A DNA stretch of 64,000 nucleotides from Nitrosopumilus sp. (lineage in GTDB: Archaea; Thermoproteota; Nitrososphaeria; Nitrososphaerales; Nitrosopumilaceae). The stretch lies in contig NZ_JANQTA010000003.1 in the NCBI RefSeq assembly GCF_028278985.1, positions 19,295-83,294 on the forward strand, given 5' to 3'. Below are positions 47,631-57,563 of this stretch, one piece after another. The notes below the pieces were generated by a model. That model had not been told where the DNA came from. It was given only the letters and a program-made list of their open reading frames with translations, and did not search any database. The translations under genes were made by a program, and so were the position numbers. Each line of letters opens with the position of its first letter. Positions within the stretch are counted from its first letter, which is position 1.

Positions 47631-48383
47631 ATGACTATGATTAGAGAGCCTAAAAATCAGTCAAAAGCCGACAAAGAACAATTCAAATTTATGGAGAAAG
47701 TGTTTAATTCTTCTTCAGGCACGTTCTCAGAAAAAATTGATGCATTTCCAAAATTTGCTTCAAGACAAGCTATGGCAAAATTTCTTGCAAGATATGAAAT
47801 TTTCAAAAAAATGATGCATGTTAATGGTTCTATTATTGAATGTGGAGTATTGCATGGAGGAGGATTATTCACATGGGCTAAGCTATCTTCTATTCTTGAA
47901 CCTACAAATCATGTTAGGAAGATTATAGGGTTTGACACATTTGAAGGGTTTCCTTCAATTGATTCAAAGGATAAGAAAACAGGAGATTCGTCACATTTTA
48001 AAAAAGGTGCATTAACTGGCTCAACATTAAAAGAAATATCTCAAGCTACAAAATTATTTGATTTAAACAGACCAATTCCACACATTCCTAAAATTGAATT
48101 AATTAAAGGAGATATGGTTAAAACGGCACCCAAATATTTAGAAAAAAATCCACATCTTGTAGTAAGTTTATTGTATCTAGACGTTGATTTATACGAACCA
48201 ACAAAAGCAGCTTTGGAAACTTTTATTCCAAGAATGCCAAAAGGTTCCATTATTGTTTTTGATCAACTAAATGCTAAAATGTTTCCAGGGGAAACTATTG
48301 CAGTTGATGAAGTAGCAGGTATTGCAAATCTAAAAATTGAAAGATTTCCTTTTGATTCCTATATTTCTTACAGCATTCTTTAA
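47631..48383 (+). CDS. TylF/MycF/NovP-family O-methyltransferase
   Basis: IIECGV..GG, GFDTFEG, LYLDVDLYE, FPGE. Confidence 0.88.
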   Translation: MTMIREPKNQSKADKEQFKFMEKVFNSSSGTFSEKIDAFPKFASRQAMAKFLARYEIFKKMMHVNGSIIECGVLHGGGLFTWAKLSSILEPTNHVRKIIGFDTFEGFPSIDSKDKKTGDSSHFKKGALTGSTLKEISQATKLFDLNRPIPHIPKIELIKGDMVKTAPKYLEKNPHLVVSLLYLDVDLYEPTKAALETFIPRMPKGSIIVFDQLNAKMFPGETIAVDEVAGIANLKIERFPFDSYISYSIL

Positions 48384-49336
48384 TTTTTTTTAGAAGAATA
48401 TTTTGATATTAAAGATGAATGTTTTTTTGGATGTAAAAAGAATACGTTTGTTTCTTGAGTTTTTTCAGTAATTTGTCTAATCTTACGTAATCCTTTCTTG
48501 TTAGCCACAAAACACATGTATCCAAGTTCTTCAAAAAAGTGAATAATTTGATTAGGATGGTATGAAAACTTTTTTTGATTTATTCGAGAAATTTCTGATA
48601 GGACAATCGGTTTAAATCGTCGAATTGAATTTAATGCTCCTTCATAGACAAACAATTCTGCTCCTTCCACATCACATTTAATCAAATCAATTTTTGAAAT
48701 TTGATTTTTATGAACAAAATCATCGAATTTGATCAGCTTACATTTAATTTTTTGAAATCCTTTTTTACCAGGAAACGCAGTATTTGAAGAATAACCTGAT
48801 GCTGCAGGATAATAATAAAACGTCAAATCTTTCTTTTCATTATAAAAACCAAAATTGAAAATTTTGATATTACTTGTTTTATTTAATTTAATGTTGATTT
48901 TTAGATTTTCAAAAACTTTAGGAATTGGTTCAAAAGAAAAAATTTTTACATTTTTTTTATTTTTAGCAATTCCTATAGAAAACCATCCAATATTAGCACC
49001 TACATCAAACATTGTAGAATTATTTTTTAATAAATTGTAAAGCATTTGAGTATCATTTCTTTCATAATAATCTGAAGTTAGAGTTTCAATTGGTGCAATT
49101 CTAACATCACCTTTCATACAACTAATTTTGATATCATGTTGACGTGATGTCATAATTACGTCATTATCAATAATTTCAATTTTCTTGATATCTGTATCTT
49201 TAAGAAACTCAGAATAGTCAAACAAGATTTTGTGATAATTATACATTTGATTTCTGTAAGTTTCTTTTTCTAATTTTCCCTGGTGAAATTTTTTTTTTAA
49301 ATCATATATTTTGGATGAAGAATTTTTATTTTTCAT
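48380..49336 (-). CDS. FkbM-family methyltransferase
   Basis: DVGANIG, SFEP, IKCDVEGAE. Confidence 0.9.
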   Translation of the reverse strand: MKNKNSSSKIYDLKKKFHQGKLEKETYRNQMYNYHKILFDYSEFLKDTDIKKIEIIDNDVIMTSRQHDIKISCMKGDVRIAPIETLTSDYYERNDTQMLYNLLKNNSTMFDVGANIGWFSIGIAKNKKNVKIFSFEPIPKVFENLKINIKLNKTSNIKIFNFGFYNEKKDLTFYYYPAASGYSSNTAFPGKKGFQKIKCKLIKFDDFVHKNQISKIDLIKCDVEGAELFVYEGALNSIRRFKPIVLSEISRINQKKFSYHPNQIIHFFEELGYMCFVANKKGLRKIRQITEKTQETNVFFLHPKKHSSLISKYSSKKN

Positions 49337-49511
49337 AGAGAACTTTCCTGAGACATGTTATATCCTTTTATAAAAAAATAGTTGCATATAATTTCTATGA
49401 TAAATTAAAAATGTGAAAAATGTCATTAAAATCAAAAAGATTTAGTTTATTCTAATAAAATTTTTTATTTATACGATTATTTATTATAAGAATAACCAGA
49501 TTCTAGAATTA

Positions 49512-50432
49512 GTGAATTCAAAATCAGATTACATAGTAGTTAGCATTGGAATGCCAGTTTATAATGGTGAAAAATTAATTGAAAGAGCTATTTCATCAAT
49601 TCTTGATCAAACATATGGTAATTTTGAATTAACAATTTCAGACAATGGTTCTACAGATAAAACAGCTGAAATATGTAAAAAATATTCCTTAAAAGATGAC
49701 AGAATCAAATACATTCGTCATGAAAAAAATTCTGGTGGATTATGGAATTATAAATTCCTATTAAACAATGCAAAAAATGAATATTTTATGTGGGCACCTG
49801 TAGACGATTTATGGTCACCAGAATTTATTGAAAAAAATCTTAATTTTCTTGAAAAAAATAAGAATTTTGTAGGCAGTATCGGAAAAGTAAAAACCATTAG
49901 TCTTGATGGAGAATCAAATAAGATTGATGATACTTTTGAAAAATTTTTACGTAAAATCAGATTTCGAATTAGACCAGTAAATTATCAACCAATTTCAGGT
50001 TCATATGAAAAAAAAGTATCGGATTTTTTAAAATACGGATATGGTGATATGACATATGGGTTATTTAGGACTTCAATATTACAAAAAAGCTATTTGGATA
50101 TTAATTTTGGAATAGGGATGGCTTATGCTTCAATTCTTCATGCTTTGAAATTTGGAGATTTTAACGTAATTGATGAATATTTATTTTCAAAATCAGACAA
50201 GGGTATTTCTAAAAAGGGAATAATCTACATGGCTAGACATGTAAATTCAGGCATTGGGAAATTGTTTACACATTATCATTATACTCTATGGTGTGCAAAA
50301 AATCTAGGTGCTAAAATTTTCATTAAAAATTTAAGCTATTTTATACAACTAAATCTTTGGGCAGTATTTGCAACATTTGTTGATCTTTTTAGGATTTTAA
50401 GTAAATCAATAAATTCAAAGAAAGAAAATTAG
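49512..50432 (+). CDS. GT2 glycosyltransferase
   Basis: IGMPVYNG, SDNGSTD, FMWAPVDD. Confidence 0.88.
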   Translation: MNSKSDYIVVSIGMPVYNGEKLIERAISSILDQTYGNFELTISDNGSTDKTAEICKKYSLKDDRIKYIRHEKNSGGLWNYKFLLNNAKNEYFMWAPVDDLWSPEFIEKNLNFLEKNKNFVGSIGKVKTISLDGESNKIDDTFEKFLRKIRFRIRPVNYQPISGSYEKKVSDFLKYGYGDMTYGLFRTSILQKSYLDINFGIGMAYASILHALKFGDFNVIDEYLFSKSDKGISKKGIIYMARHVNSGIGKLFTHYHYTLWCAKNLGAKIFIKNLSYFIQLNLWAVFATFVDLFRILSKSINSKKEN

Positions 50433-50480
50433 TATTGCGTAGATTTTTTTAACTGCCATTATTATTTAGAACTAGATACA

Positions 50481-51374
50481 ATGAAAAATGTGAAAATAAA
50501 CAGAAGTTTAATGCATATATTGAAAGCTAAAATGAGGCAAAAACTTGGAACGAAGAATTGTGAGGAAATTTCATTAAAAATTATTGAAGAAGGGAATGAA
50601 GATGAGATTCCTTTTGTCAAACTAACTAATGGGCAAGTGTTTTTTCATAGATTTTTTAATTCTCCATTAACTGAAGTCTATACTAGAAATATTTTTTCAC
50701 ATTACGAAATTGAGAAAAAAGCACATCCAACTTTTGGAGTTCATTTGAATCATATAGATAATTTGTTAAATTTGAAGATAAATGATGAAGAGAGGCAAAA
50801 ACTACTAAATTTTATGCCTGTGAAAGAGGGAGACATCGTTTTAGAATTAGGTGCATTTTGTGGCTTTGGAACAATGAAACTATCAAATTTAGTTGGAGAG
50901 AATGGTAAAGTAATTGCAGTTGAAGCAGATAAGATTAATTATAAAATTTTAGAGAAAAATATCAAAAATAATAATTTAAAAAATGTAAAAATTGTGAATA
51001 AAGGGATTTGGAATGCTAATGGGGAATTATCATTGTATAAAGAATCCAATCAACGAAATTCATTAGTTGAAGAGCTTTTGGATAATGTGGAGAAATCTGA
51101 AAAAATTGAAGTTGATTCCGTAGATAATATTTTAAAAAAATTAGATATTAATCAAGTAGATTTTATTACAATGGAAATCAATGCTGCTGAAATTGAAGCA
51201 TTAAAAGGAATGAAAAATGTCCTAATGCAAGATGATATAAGGATAATTGCAGCAGGGTGGTATGAATATAATGGAAAACCTGCATGGAAAAAAATGAAAG
51301 AAATTCTTGAAGAATATGGTTTTACAGTTTACATTGGAGTACAAAATAGAGTTTATGCATTTAAGAAAAAGTAG
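50481..51374 (+). CDS. FkbM-family methyltransferase
   Basis: LELGAFCG, AVEAD, ITMEINAAE. Confidence 0.82.
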   Translation: MKNVKINRSLMHILKAKMRQKLGTKNCEEISLKIIEEGNEDEIPFVKLTNGQVFFHRFFNSPLTEVYTRNIFSHYEIEKKAHPTFGVHLNHIDNLLNLKINDEERQKLLNFMPVKEGDIVLELGAFCGFGTMKLSNLVGENGKVIAVEADKINYKILEKNIKNNNLKNVKIVNKGIWNANGELSLYKESNQRNSLVEELLDNVEKSEKIEVDSVDNILKKLDINQVDFITMEINAAEIEALKGMKNVLMQDDIRIIAAGWYEYNGKPAWKKMKEILEEYGFTVYIGVQNRVYAFKKK

Positions 51375-51385
51375 ATTATAATATT

Positions 51386-52264
51386 ATGAATAAAGAAATT
51401 TGGCCAAATTTTTTCATTGTTGGAGCGATGAGAGCAGGAACAACATCATTATATGAATATTTGAAAAAATCTAAATTTGTATATCTGCCATCAATTAAAG
51501 AACCAAATTATTTTACATCAGCAGTTGATCCAAAACAATTACTTACAAAACCAATAAAGGATGAAAAAAAGTATCTGGAACTTTTTAAAAATGTAAAAAA
51601 TGAGAAGGTCATAGGTGATTCAAGTCCTACTTATTTGTGGGATCCTAAATCAGCTGAAATGATTTATAAAAAAATTCCAAATGCCAAAATAATTATAATT
51701 TTAAGAAATCCAATTGAAAGGGCATTTTCACATTATCTAATGCTATTTGGAAGAGGAATGACAAAATTATCATTTGAGCAAGTAATTAAGGAATCCCTAA
51801 TGGTTTCAGGCGACAATTTTGAAGGTCGTGTTATTAGTGGGGGATTTTATTTCAAACAAATTAAACGATATCTAGATACTTTTCCAAAAAATCAAAATAA
51901 AATAATAATTTTTGAAGAATTTGCTAACAATACAAAAAAATCTGTTCAAGATGTTCTAAATTTTTTAGAGATAGATGATAGTCCACATGAATCAGTAAAT
52001 ACCATTTACAATCAATATACAGAACCTAGAGGAGGAATTTCTTCATCAATCATGAGAAGCAATAAAATTAAAAAATTTGGAAAAAAAATATTACCATCAA
52101 GTTTAGGTCAATCAATGATGAATGATGTATTAGGAAAAAAAGTTGAAAAACCAAAATTATCTGAAAAATTACGCACGATCCTTGAAGATATCTATAGAGA
52201 AGAAATTATTGAAATTGAAAAAATTTTAGATATTGATGTACAATGGTTAAAAAAGAAAGCATGA
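51386..52264 (+). CDS. PAPS-dependent sulfotransferase
   Basis: PNFFIVGAMRAGTTSL (5'-PSB), KEPNYF, LRNPIERAFS (3'-PB). Confidence 0.92.
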   Translation: MNKEIWPNFFIVGAMRAGTTSLYEYLKKSKFVYLPSIKEPNYFTSAVDPKQLLTKPIKDEKKYLELFKNVKNEKVIGDSSPTYLWDPKSAEMIYKKIPNAKIIIILRNPIERAFSHYLMLFGRGMTKLSFEQVIKESLMVSGDNFEGRVISGGFYFKQIKRYLDTFPKNQNKIIIFEEFANNTKKSVQDVLNFLEIDDSPHESVNTIYNQYTEPRGGISSSIMRSNKIKKFGKKILPSSLGQSMMNDVLGKKVEKPKLSEKLRTILEDIYREEIIEIEKILDIDVQWLKKKA

Positions 52265-52301
52265 GATCTAAAACAATATAAAGTAAATACATCGATTACA
52301 A

Positions 52302-53057
52302 ATGAAATTGAAAGTTAATGATGTTCATGTTCATTTGGGAAGTTCCTCAATTATTAACCAAAAACTACTAGTGAAAGATATCAAAAATTTTAGAAAAAAA
52401 TACAATATTGACAATATTATGTTATTTACTCTAGATAGAGATATTGATAAAAATAATAAAAAAGTAATTGAATTAGCCAAAAAATATGAATATGTTCATG
52501 GATTGTATTGGATTCAAAAAACTAGAATTAAAGAAGATGTAAAAATTCTTGAACAAGAATTAGGAAATGGATTAGTTGGAGTAAAATTTCATGGAGTTTT
52601 TGAAAAGGAAAAAGTTTCAGCAAAAATTTATGAACCAATAATGAAAGTGTTGGATAAAAAGAAGGCAATATTACTTATTCATTGTGGACGATTCAAAGAT
52701 GGTAGTCCATTATCAAATTCTTCATTTGTTCATGGATTAACAGTTGCAAAAAAATTCCAAAACATAAAAGTCATTTTAGCCCATATGGGAGGAAATGACA
52801 CAAGTGTAGTACGAAAAGCTTTAGAGTCTGCAAAGAACATTCCTAATGCATATTTTGATACTTCTGGCATTAGTACTCCATTTAGAGTTGAATTGGGAAT
52901 CAAAAAAGTAGGACCAAAACGGATAATTTTTGGCTCAGATTTTCCATGGTGCTCCTTTAGAGGAATGTTTTACGGAGTTGAAGATGCTTTAATCAGTAAG
53001 CATGCAAAATCCTTAATTTTAAATAAAAATTTTCTAAGATTAATCTCTAAAAATTAG
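52302..53057 (+). CDS. Amidohydrolase_2-family metallohydrolase
   Basis: DVHVH, VKFH, LIHCG, LAHMGG, FGSDFP. Confidence 0.88.
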   Translation: MKLKVNDVHVHLGSSSIINQKLLVKDIKNFRKKYNIDNIMLFTLDRDIDKNNKKVIELAKKYEYVHGLYWIQKTRIKEDVKILEQELGNGLVGVKFHGVFEKEKVSAKIYEPIMKVLDKKKAILLIHCGRFKDGSPLSNSSFVHGLTVAKKFQNIKVILAHMGGNDTSVVRKALESAKNIPNAYFDTSGISTPFRVELGIKKVGPKRIIFGSDFPWCSFRGMFYGVEDALISKHAKSLILNKNFLRLISKN

Positions 53058-53065
53058 ATATTTTT

Positions 53066-54001
53066 TTAATTTTCGTCATTTGAATCAGAAATATAATATC
53101 GTAGATTTTTTTCTGTAAAGGCTTGACGTTTGAAAACTACATTTGCAAATAATCCCAACATGAAGCTTACAATGCCCAATATGATTATTCCAGAAGACAA
53201 ATCAGTTGAAATTCCACCACCAAAAATTTTTGTTATAGTTATTATTTTTGCCAGAATTCCACCACCAAACAAAAGAATTCCCAACAAACCAAATGTAAGA
53301 ATAGGTCTATGGTAAACCATAGATTTTAAAATTATTGATAATGCTCTATATCCATAATTAAAAATATTTTTAACAACTCTAGATTTTCTTTCTTCAAAAT
53401 ATTTTACTGGTACACCTACTTCTCCAATTCTAAAACCTTTGAATTTTAAATCTAAAATAGCTTCATGAACAAATGTAAAATCATTTACGACAGAGATATT
53501 TGAAAAAGCATTTCTAGAATATGCTACAAATCCACTTTGCGTATCAGTAAATCTTTGACCAGTGACAATAGAAATTAATTTTGTACATATTTTATTTCCC
53601 AACAAATTTCTTCCAGGAATTCCTTTTACATCATGATCTAGCCACCTAGAACCAAGAACAACATCCAACTGATTATTTAAAATTGGAACAATTAATTTGG
53701 GAATATCATTAGGATCAAATTGAAGATCAGCATCAATAATTACAGAAATATCGGCATTCATAGAAATACAATTGCGAATTCCAGTCATGAATGCTGCTCC
53801 AATCCCCATGTTATTTGGATGGGATACAATTTTGTCTGCTCCAGCATTTAATGCCATATCAACAGTATTATCTTTTGAACCATCATCAACAACTAAGACG
53901 TCTACTTTCTCAATTCCAGGAATTTTCTTTGGAATAGCCTTAATTACATTAGAAATGCTTTTTCCTTCATTTAAAGCAGGAATAAATACAACTAATTTCA
54001 T
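53066..54001 (-). CDS. GT2 polyprenyl-phosphate sugar synthase (DPM1-like) with C-terminal TMs
   Basis: IPALNE, VDDGSKD, IDADLQF, DTQSGF. Confidence 0.88.
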   Translation of the reverse strand: MKLVVFIPALNEGKSISNVIKAIPKKIPGIEKVDVLVVDDGSKDNTVDMALNAGADKIVSHPNNMGIGAAFMTGIRNCISMNADISVIIDADLQFDPNDIPKLIVPILNNQLDVVLGSRWLDHDVKGIPGRNLLGNKICTKLISIVTGQRFTDTQSGFVAYSRNAFSNISVVNDFTFVHEAILDLKFKGFRIGEVGVPVKYFEERKSRVVKNIFNYGYRALSIILKSMVYHRPILTFGLLGILLFGGGILAKIITITKIFGGGISTDLSSGIIILGIVSFMLGLFANVVFKRQAFTEKNLRYYISDSNDEN

Positions 54002-54168
54002 ATTAAATTCTAAAATTTAGATTTAATTAAATTTTGTATGTTGTAACATTTTACCTTAGTTGAAAAAAATACTAGTTTTAAGGTAGAAAATTGTTTTATT
54101 TTTTTGATTTGAAACTTTCAATAGGAATAAATCTTTATCAGCATAATTAAAGCAAATTTTGATGAGTA

Positions 54169-55923
54169 ATGGAAAAAAGATACCAATTAAATCAAATCTT
54201 TGGAAGAAATCCAGATTCTTTAATTAACTTAGTCAAAATTTCAGTAATAATTATTGCTGGAATATACCTAATTGGGAATTTCACTCCATACTATGAAGCA
54301 AAAGATGCTTATCTGTATGGAATTGAAGCAATCAATTTTTCAAAAGGGATCTATTCCATGTCAAATGTTCTATTAGAAGAAACTGGCAGAATGGAGTTTG
54401 TAGGAGATAATTACAGGAAAACAATTCATGGAGATGCGGTTCCATCATCAGGTGTTGGGACTCCACTTTTAGGAGCTCTGGCTTACATGATAGGGGGATA
54501 TTATGGGCTTTTTTATTTAGGACCCATACTAGGAATTTTATTTCTAATAATTTTTGAAAGAATTTCTACAAAATTATTTGGGAAATATGTCGGATTACTA
54601 TCGTTACTTTTTTTGACAACATGTCACATAGTATTCAGAAGTGCTGTGTTACCAAATACTGACGCAATACTAACGCTTTTTTTTATTCCTGGAATCTATT
54701 ACTTGATAAAATTTTTTAAAAATAAAGATGAGAAAACAATTTTTCTTGCATCGACATTTTTTGCGATTGCTTCATTAGTAAAAATTCCAGGAATTGTATA
54801 TTTTCCTCTTGAACTAGTTTTAATTTTAGGTTATGTAGTTTATCAAAAAATAAACCAGAGAAAATTAAGTTCTGAATGGAAATGGAAAAATAAAATCAAT
54901 AAGAAAAAAATTCTTAAAATTTCAGTTTTATTATTTATTCCATGGATAATTTTCTTCGGTTTTTGGTTTAGTTACAATAATTATTACTATGGGGGTCCAA
55001 CAACAACATATCTTTCTGTCAAATATGGAGTAGAAATTTCTTCCAGTTCGCATATTGGGACATTATTTGTTATAGAACAAAGAGATTTCGATCAATTCAA
55101 AGATTATTCAAAATATCTTTTACCATATCAAATTCCAGCAACATATAACAAAGTGACAAATAATTTTGATGATGTTTTAGGAAAACATTGGCCGGGATTA
55201 ATTAGTCCATTAATTATATTGTTAGCTTTAGTGGTTTCATTTAAGCAAAAAGAAAAAAGGATAGAAATTTTAGTTATGAGTTCATTTATTGCAGGAATAA
55301 TATGGTTTTTTGCTGGACAGTCATCAGTTGAACGTGCATCTGTAGGGCTTCCAGCAAGATTTATGCTTCCAGCATTATCATTATTTTTTATTGTGTTAAG
55401 CTATTTGATTATCAAAATTTTAAAATCAGAATTCATTCATAAGAATCCTTTTGGTAATAAAAAAACAAAAATTTTCAGAAACTTTGTAATTGTAATTTTA
55501 GGAGTATTTTTTATTGGAGCGTTTTACTTTACTCCACCAATTCAGATGTTTATATCTGAAGATATACAATTTAAAGATCCTAGGATATTTGCAGAGAGAT
55601 ACCCATTAGATACATCTCAAATTCCTGAAAATAGCATTATAGTATCACATCATAATGATTGGGCTATCGATTACGGTGCAATTCCTTTTGTGTTACATTT
55701 TCAACACGGAATTAACCCAGAATCAGTCAGCTTATTGAAAAAATCAGTTTCCGAGGGATATGATGCTTTCATATTTAAGCAACCGACAGTTAAAGGGGAA
55801 AAATCCACATGGAGTAATCTTGCTGAAAATTATGATTTAGTATTCATAGAGCATTCTGAAAAATTTTGTAGAATTATAATTAGTGAAGATAAAGAATCAG
55901 ATTCAGTTTGTATGGAAGAATAA
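54169..55923 (+). CDS. GT-C polytopic glycosyltransferase (PMT/ArnT-like)
   Basis: KDAYLY early loop; multiple TMs; LVKIP; ARFMLP. Confidence 0.78.
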   Translation: MEKRYQLNQIFGRNPDSLINLVKISVIIIAGIYLIGNFTPYYEAKDAYLYGIEAINFSKGIYSMSNVLLEETGRMEFVGDNYRKTIHGDAVPSSGVGTPLLGALAYMIGGYYGLFYLGPILGILFLIIFERISTKLFGKYVGLLSLLFLTTCHIVFRSAVLPNTDAILTLFFIPGIYYLIKFFKNKDEKTIFLASTFFAIASLVKIPGIVYFPLELVLILGYVVYQKINQRKLSSEWKWKNKINKKKILKISVLLFIPWIIFFGFWFSYNNYYYGGPTTTYLSVKYGVEISSSSHIGTLFVIEQRDFDQFKDYSKYLLPYQIPATYNKVTNNFDDVLGKHWPGLISPLIILLALVVSFKQKEKRIEILVMSSFIAGIIWFFAGQSSVERASVGLPARFMLPALSLFFIVLSYLIIKILKSEFIHKNPFGNKKTKIFRNFVIVILGVFFIGAFYFTPPIQMFISEDIQFKDPRIFAERYPLDTSQIPENSIIVSHHNDWAIDYGAIPFVLHFQHGINPESVSLLKKSVSEGYDAFIFKQPTVKGEKSTWSNLAENYDLVFIEHSEKFCRIIISEDKESDSVCMEE

Positions 55924-55961
55924 TTTAATCAGCAATGAATTTTTATAATTAAATTTTGATT

Positions 55962-57380
55962 CTAAATATATCCTAATTTTTTTAATTCTTTTTCAATTAA
56001 AGCATCTTCATCCTCATTTACATCATCAGTTAATTCACGTGAAAAACTAAAATCTAGATCATTTTTAATTTTTTTTAAATGATCTTCCATTTCTAAAACT
56101 AAGTCTTGATTATCATTAGCAATATTATTTTCTTCAAATGGATCATTTTTAAGATCATATAGATTAACGTTTTTTGTTGATTCACTTCTATTTCGAAAAT
56201 ATTTGTAATTTGAAGTACGAATACCAATCGTATTTGCAGTCATAGATTTGGGTGAATTAGCAGCACTTTCAATCATTACTGGAAGTTCATCTTCTTTATC
56301 ACCTTTAATTAGTGAATATAGACTTCTTCCTCTAGCATCATTTAGAGAATTAACGCCTATAATCTCAAGGATTGTTGGAAAAATATCAATACTTCTAACT
56401 TGTTGATCGAGAATCTTATACTCACTAATTCCATATCCAGAAAATATTAGTGGTACACAAAATCGTTCATCAAAAACATCCAAAGTAGATTCTACAGAAT
56501 TTTTCATCAATCTTTCTTTATATGGACCCAAATTTTGTAAGTGAATTTTTTCTGCTTCCTCATGTCTTTGTTGTTTTATTTGTTTTCGTTTTCTATTTGA
56601 ATATGCTTTAGAAAGCATAGATCGAATAGGGGAAAATGATTTAGGAAGTTTTGAAGTTATTTTATGAGTTGATTCAAAATAAATTTTTTTGTACTGCCTA
56701 ACATTATTTCTATATTCTTCAATTTCTGGAGTGTAAACACCCACTTCAGAACCATGATCAGCTGTTAAAACAAAAATTGTGTTGTCAAGATTTATTTTTT
56801 TAAGAATTTTCCCAATCCAAACATCCATTGCTGAAACCATTCTTTCATATTGATTAGCACCAAATTTTTGATTTTGAAATTTTTTTGGTTCTGAATCTAG
56901 TTGAAATGTGGCACTTCCATGGATATCTAACAAATGAACATAATAAAACCAAGGTTCTGACAAGTTGGTTTGTAATTTCTTAATTATTTTTTCTCCTAAT
57001 CCATCGTATAATGTTGATGATGAATCATAAGTTTCATAATTTTCTTCAAAAACTTTACTTAATCCCATGTATGAGATCAATTCTGGAGTTATTGCATAAG
57101 TGGTATATCCATGTTCACGGAGAAAATCAGCATAATTAGAAATTTTTAGATTTAGTTTGAAGTGATTTTCGGTCTCTATAACTGATTCAAATGGATATTT
57201 TGAAGTAAAAATACTAGAGACCGATGGACAGGTTACAGGTGCTGAAGGAATTGTTTGAGAAAAATATGCACTATTTTTAATTATGAAATCGAGATTTGGC
57301 GTAATGGAAGTTTTATTTTTTCCATAACATTTGTCTGCTCTAAATGAATCAATTAAGAGAAAGAAAATATTTGGTTTCAA
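55962..57380 (-). CDS. Sulfatase-fold/alkaline-phosphatase-superfamily protein (Thr at the nucleophile position)
   Basis: LIDSFRAD, APVTCPSV, TADHG, DIFPT, YDLKNDPFE; C-terminal ELKKLGYI. Confidence 0.82.
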   Translation of the reverse strand: MKPNIFFLLIDSFRADKCYGKNKTSITPNLDFIIKNSAYFSQTIPSAPVTCPSVSSIFTSKYPFESVIETENHFKLNLKISNYADFLREHGYTTYAITPELISYMGLSKVFEENYETYDSSSTLYDGLGEKIIKKLQTNLSEPWFYYVHLLDIHGSATFQLDSEPKKFQNQKFGANQYERMVSAMDVWIGKILKKINLDNTIFVLTADHGSEVGVYTPEIEEYRNNVRQYKKIYFESTHKITSKLPKSFSPIRSMLSKAYSNRKRKQIKQQRHEEAEKIHLQNLGPYKERLMKNSVESTLDVFDERFCVPLIFSGYGISEYKILDQQVRSIDIFPTILEIIGVNSLNDARGRSLYSLIKGDKEDELPVMIESAANSPKSMTANTIGIRTSNYKYFRNRSESTKNVNLYDLKNDPFEENNIANDNQDLVLEMEDHLKKIKNDLDFSFSRELTDDVNEDEDALIEKELKKLGYI

Positions 57381-57563
57381 TAATCATTTTTTTGGCAAGT
57401 AAACTAAAAAGATTTGTAATTCGTTCTAATTCAGGTTTAATTTTTAATATGTAGACCAATATATTTATCAGAATTTCACATGCAAATGATTTGCATTAAG
57501 TGAAAATAAAATGATCAAAGTCAGTAAATCTTTGAAAGAAAATAGGAATGAATGGTTTAGAAA

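Noticed and set aside
49289-49298. Homopolymer tracts (T10 here; 9-mers near 29822, 34538 and 59950) as phase-variation switches
   Set aside because: A/T runs of this length are expected at this composition, there are no poly-G tracts, and all ORFs are intact.
37743-57380. Calling the two sulfatase-fold genes true sulfatases
   Set aside because: Both lack the C/S-x-P-x-R formylglycine motif, and no maturase is evident.
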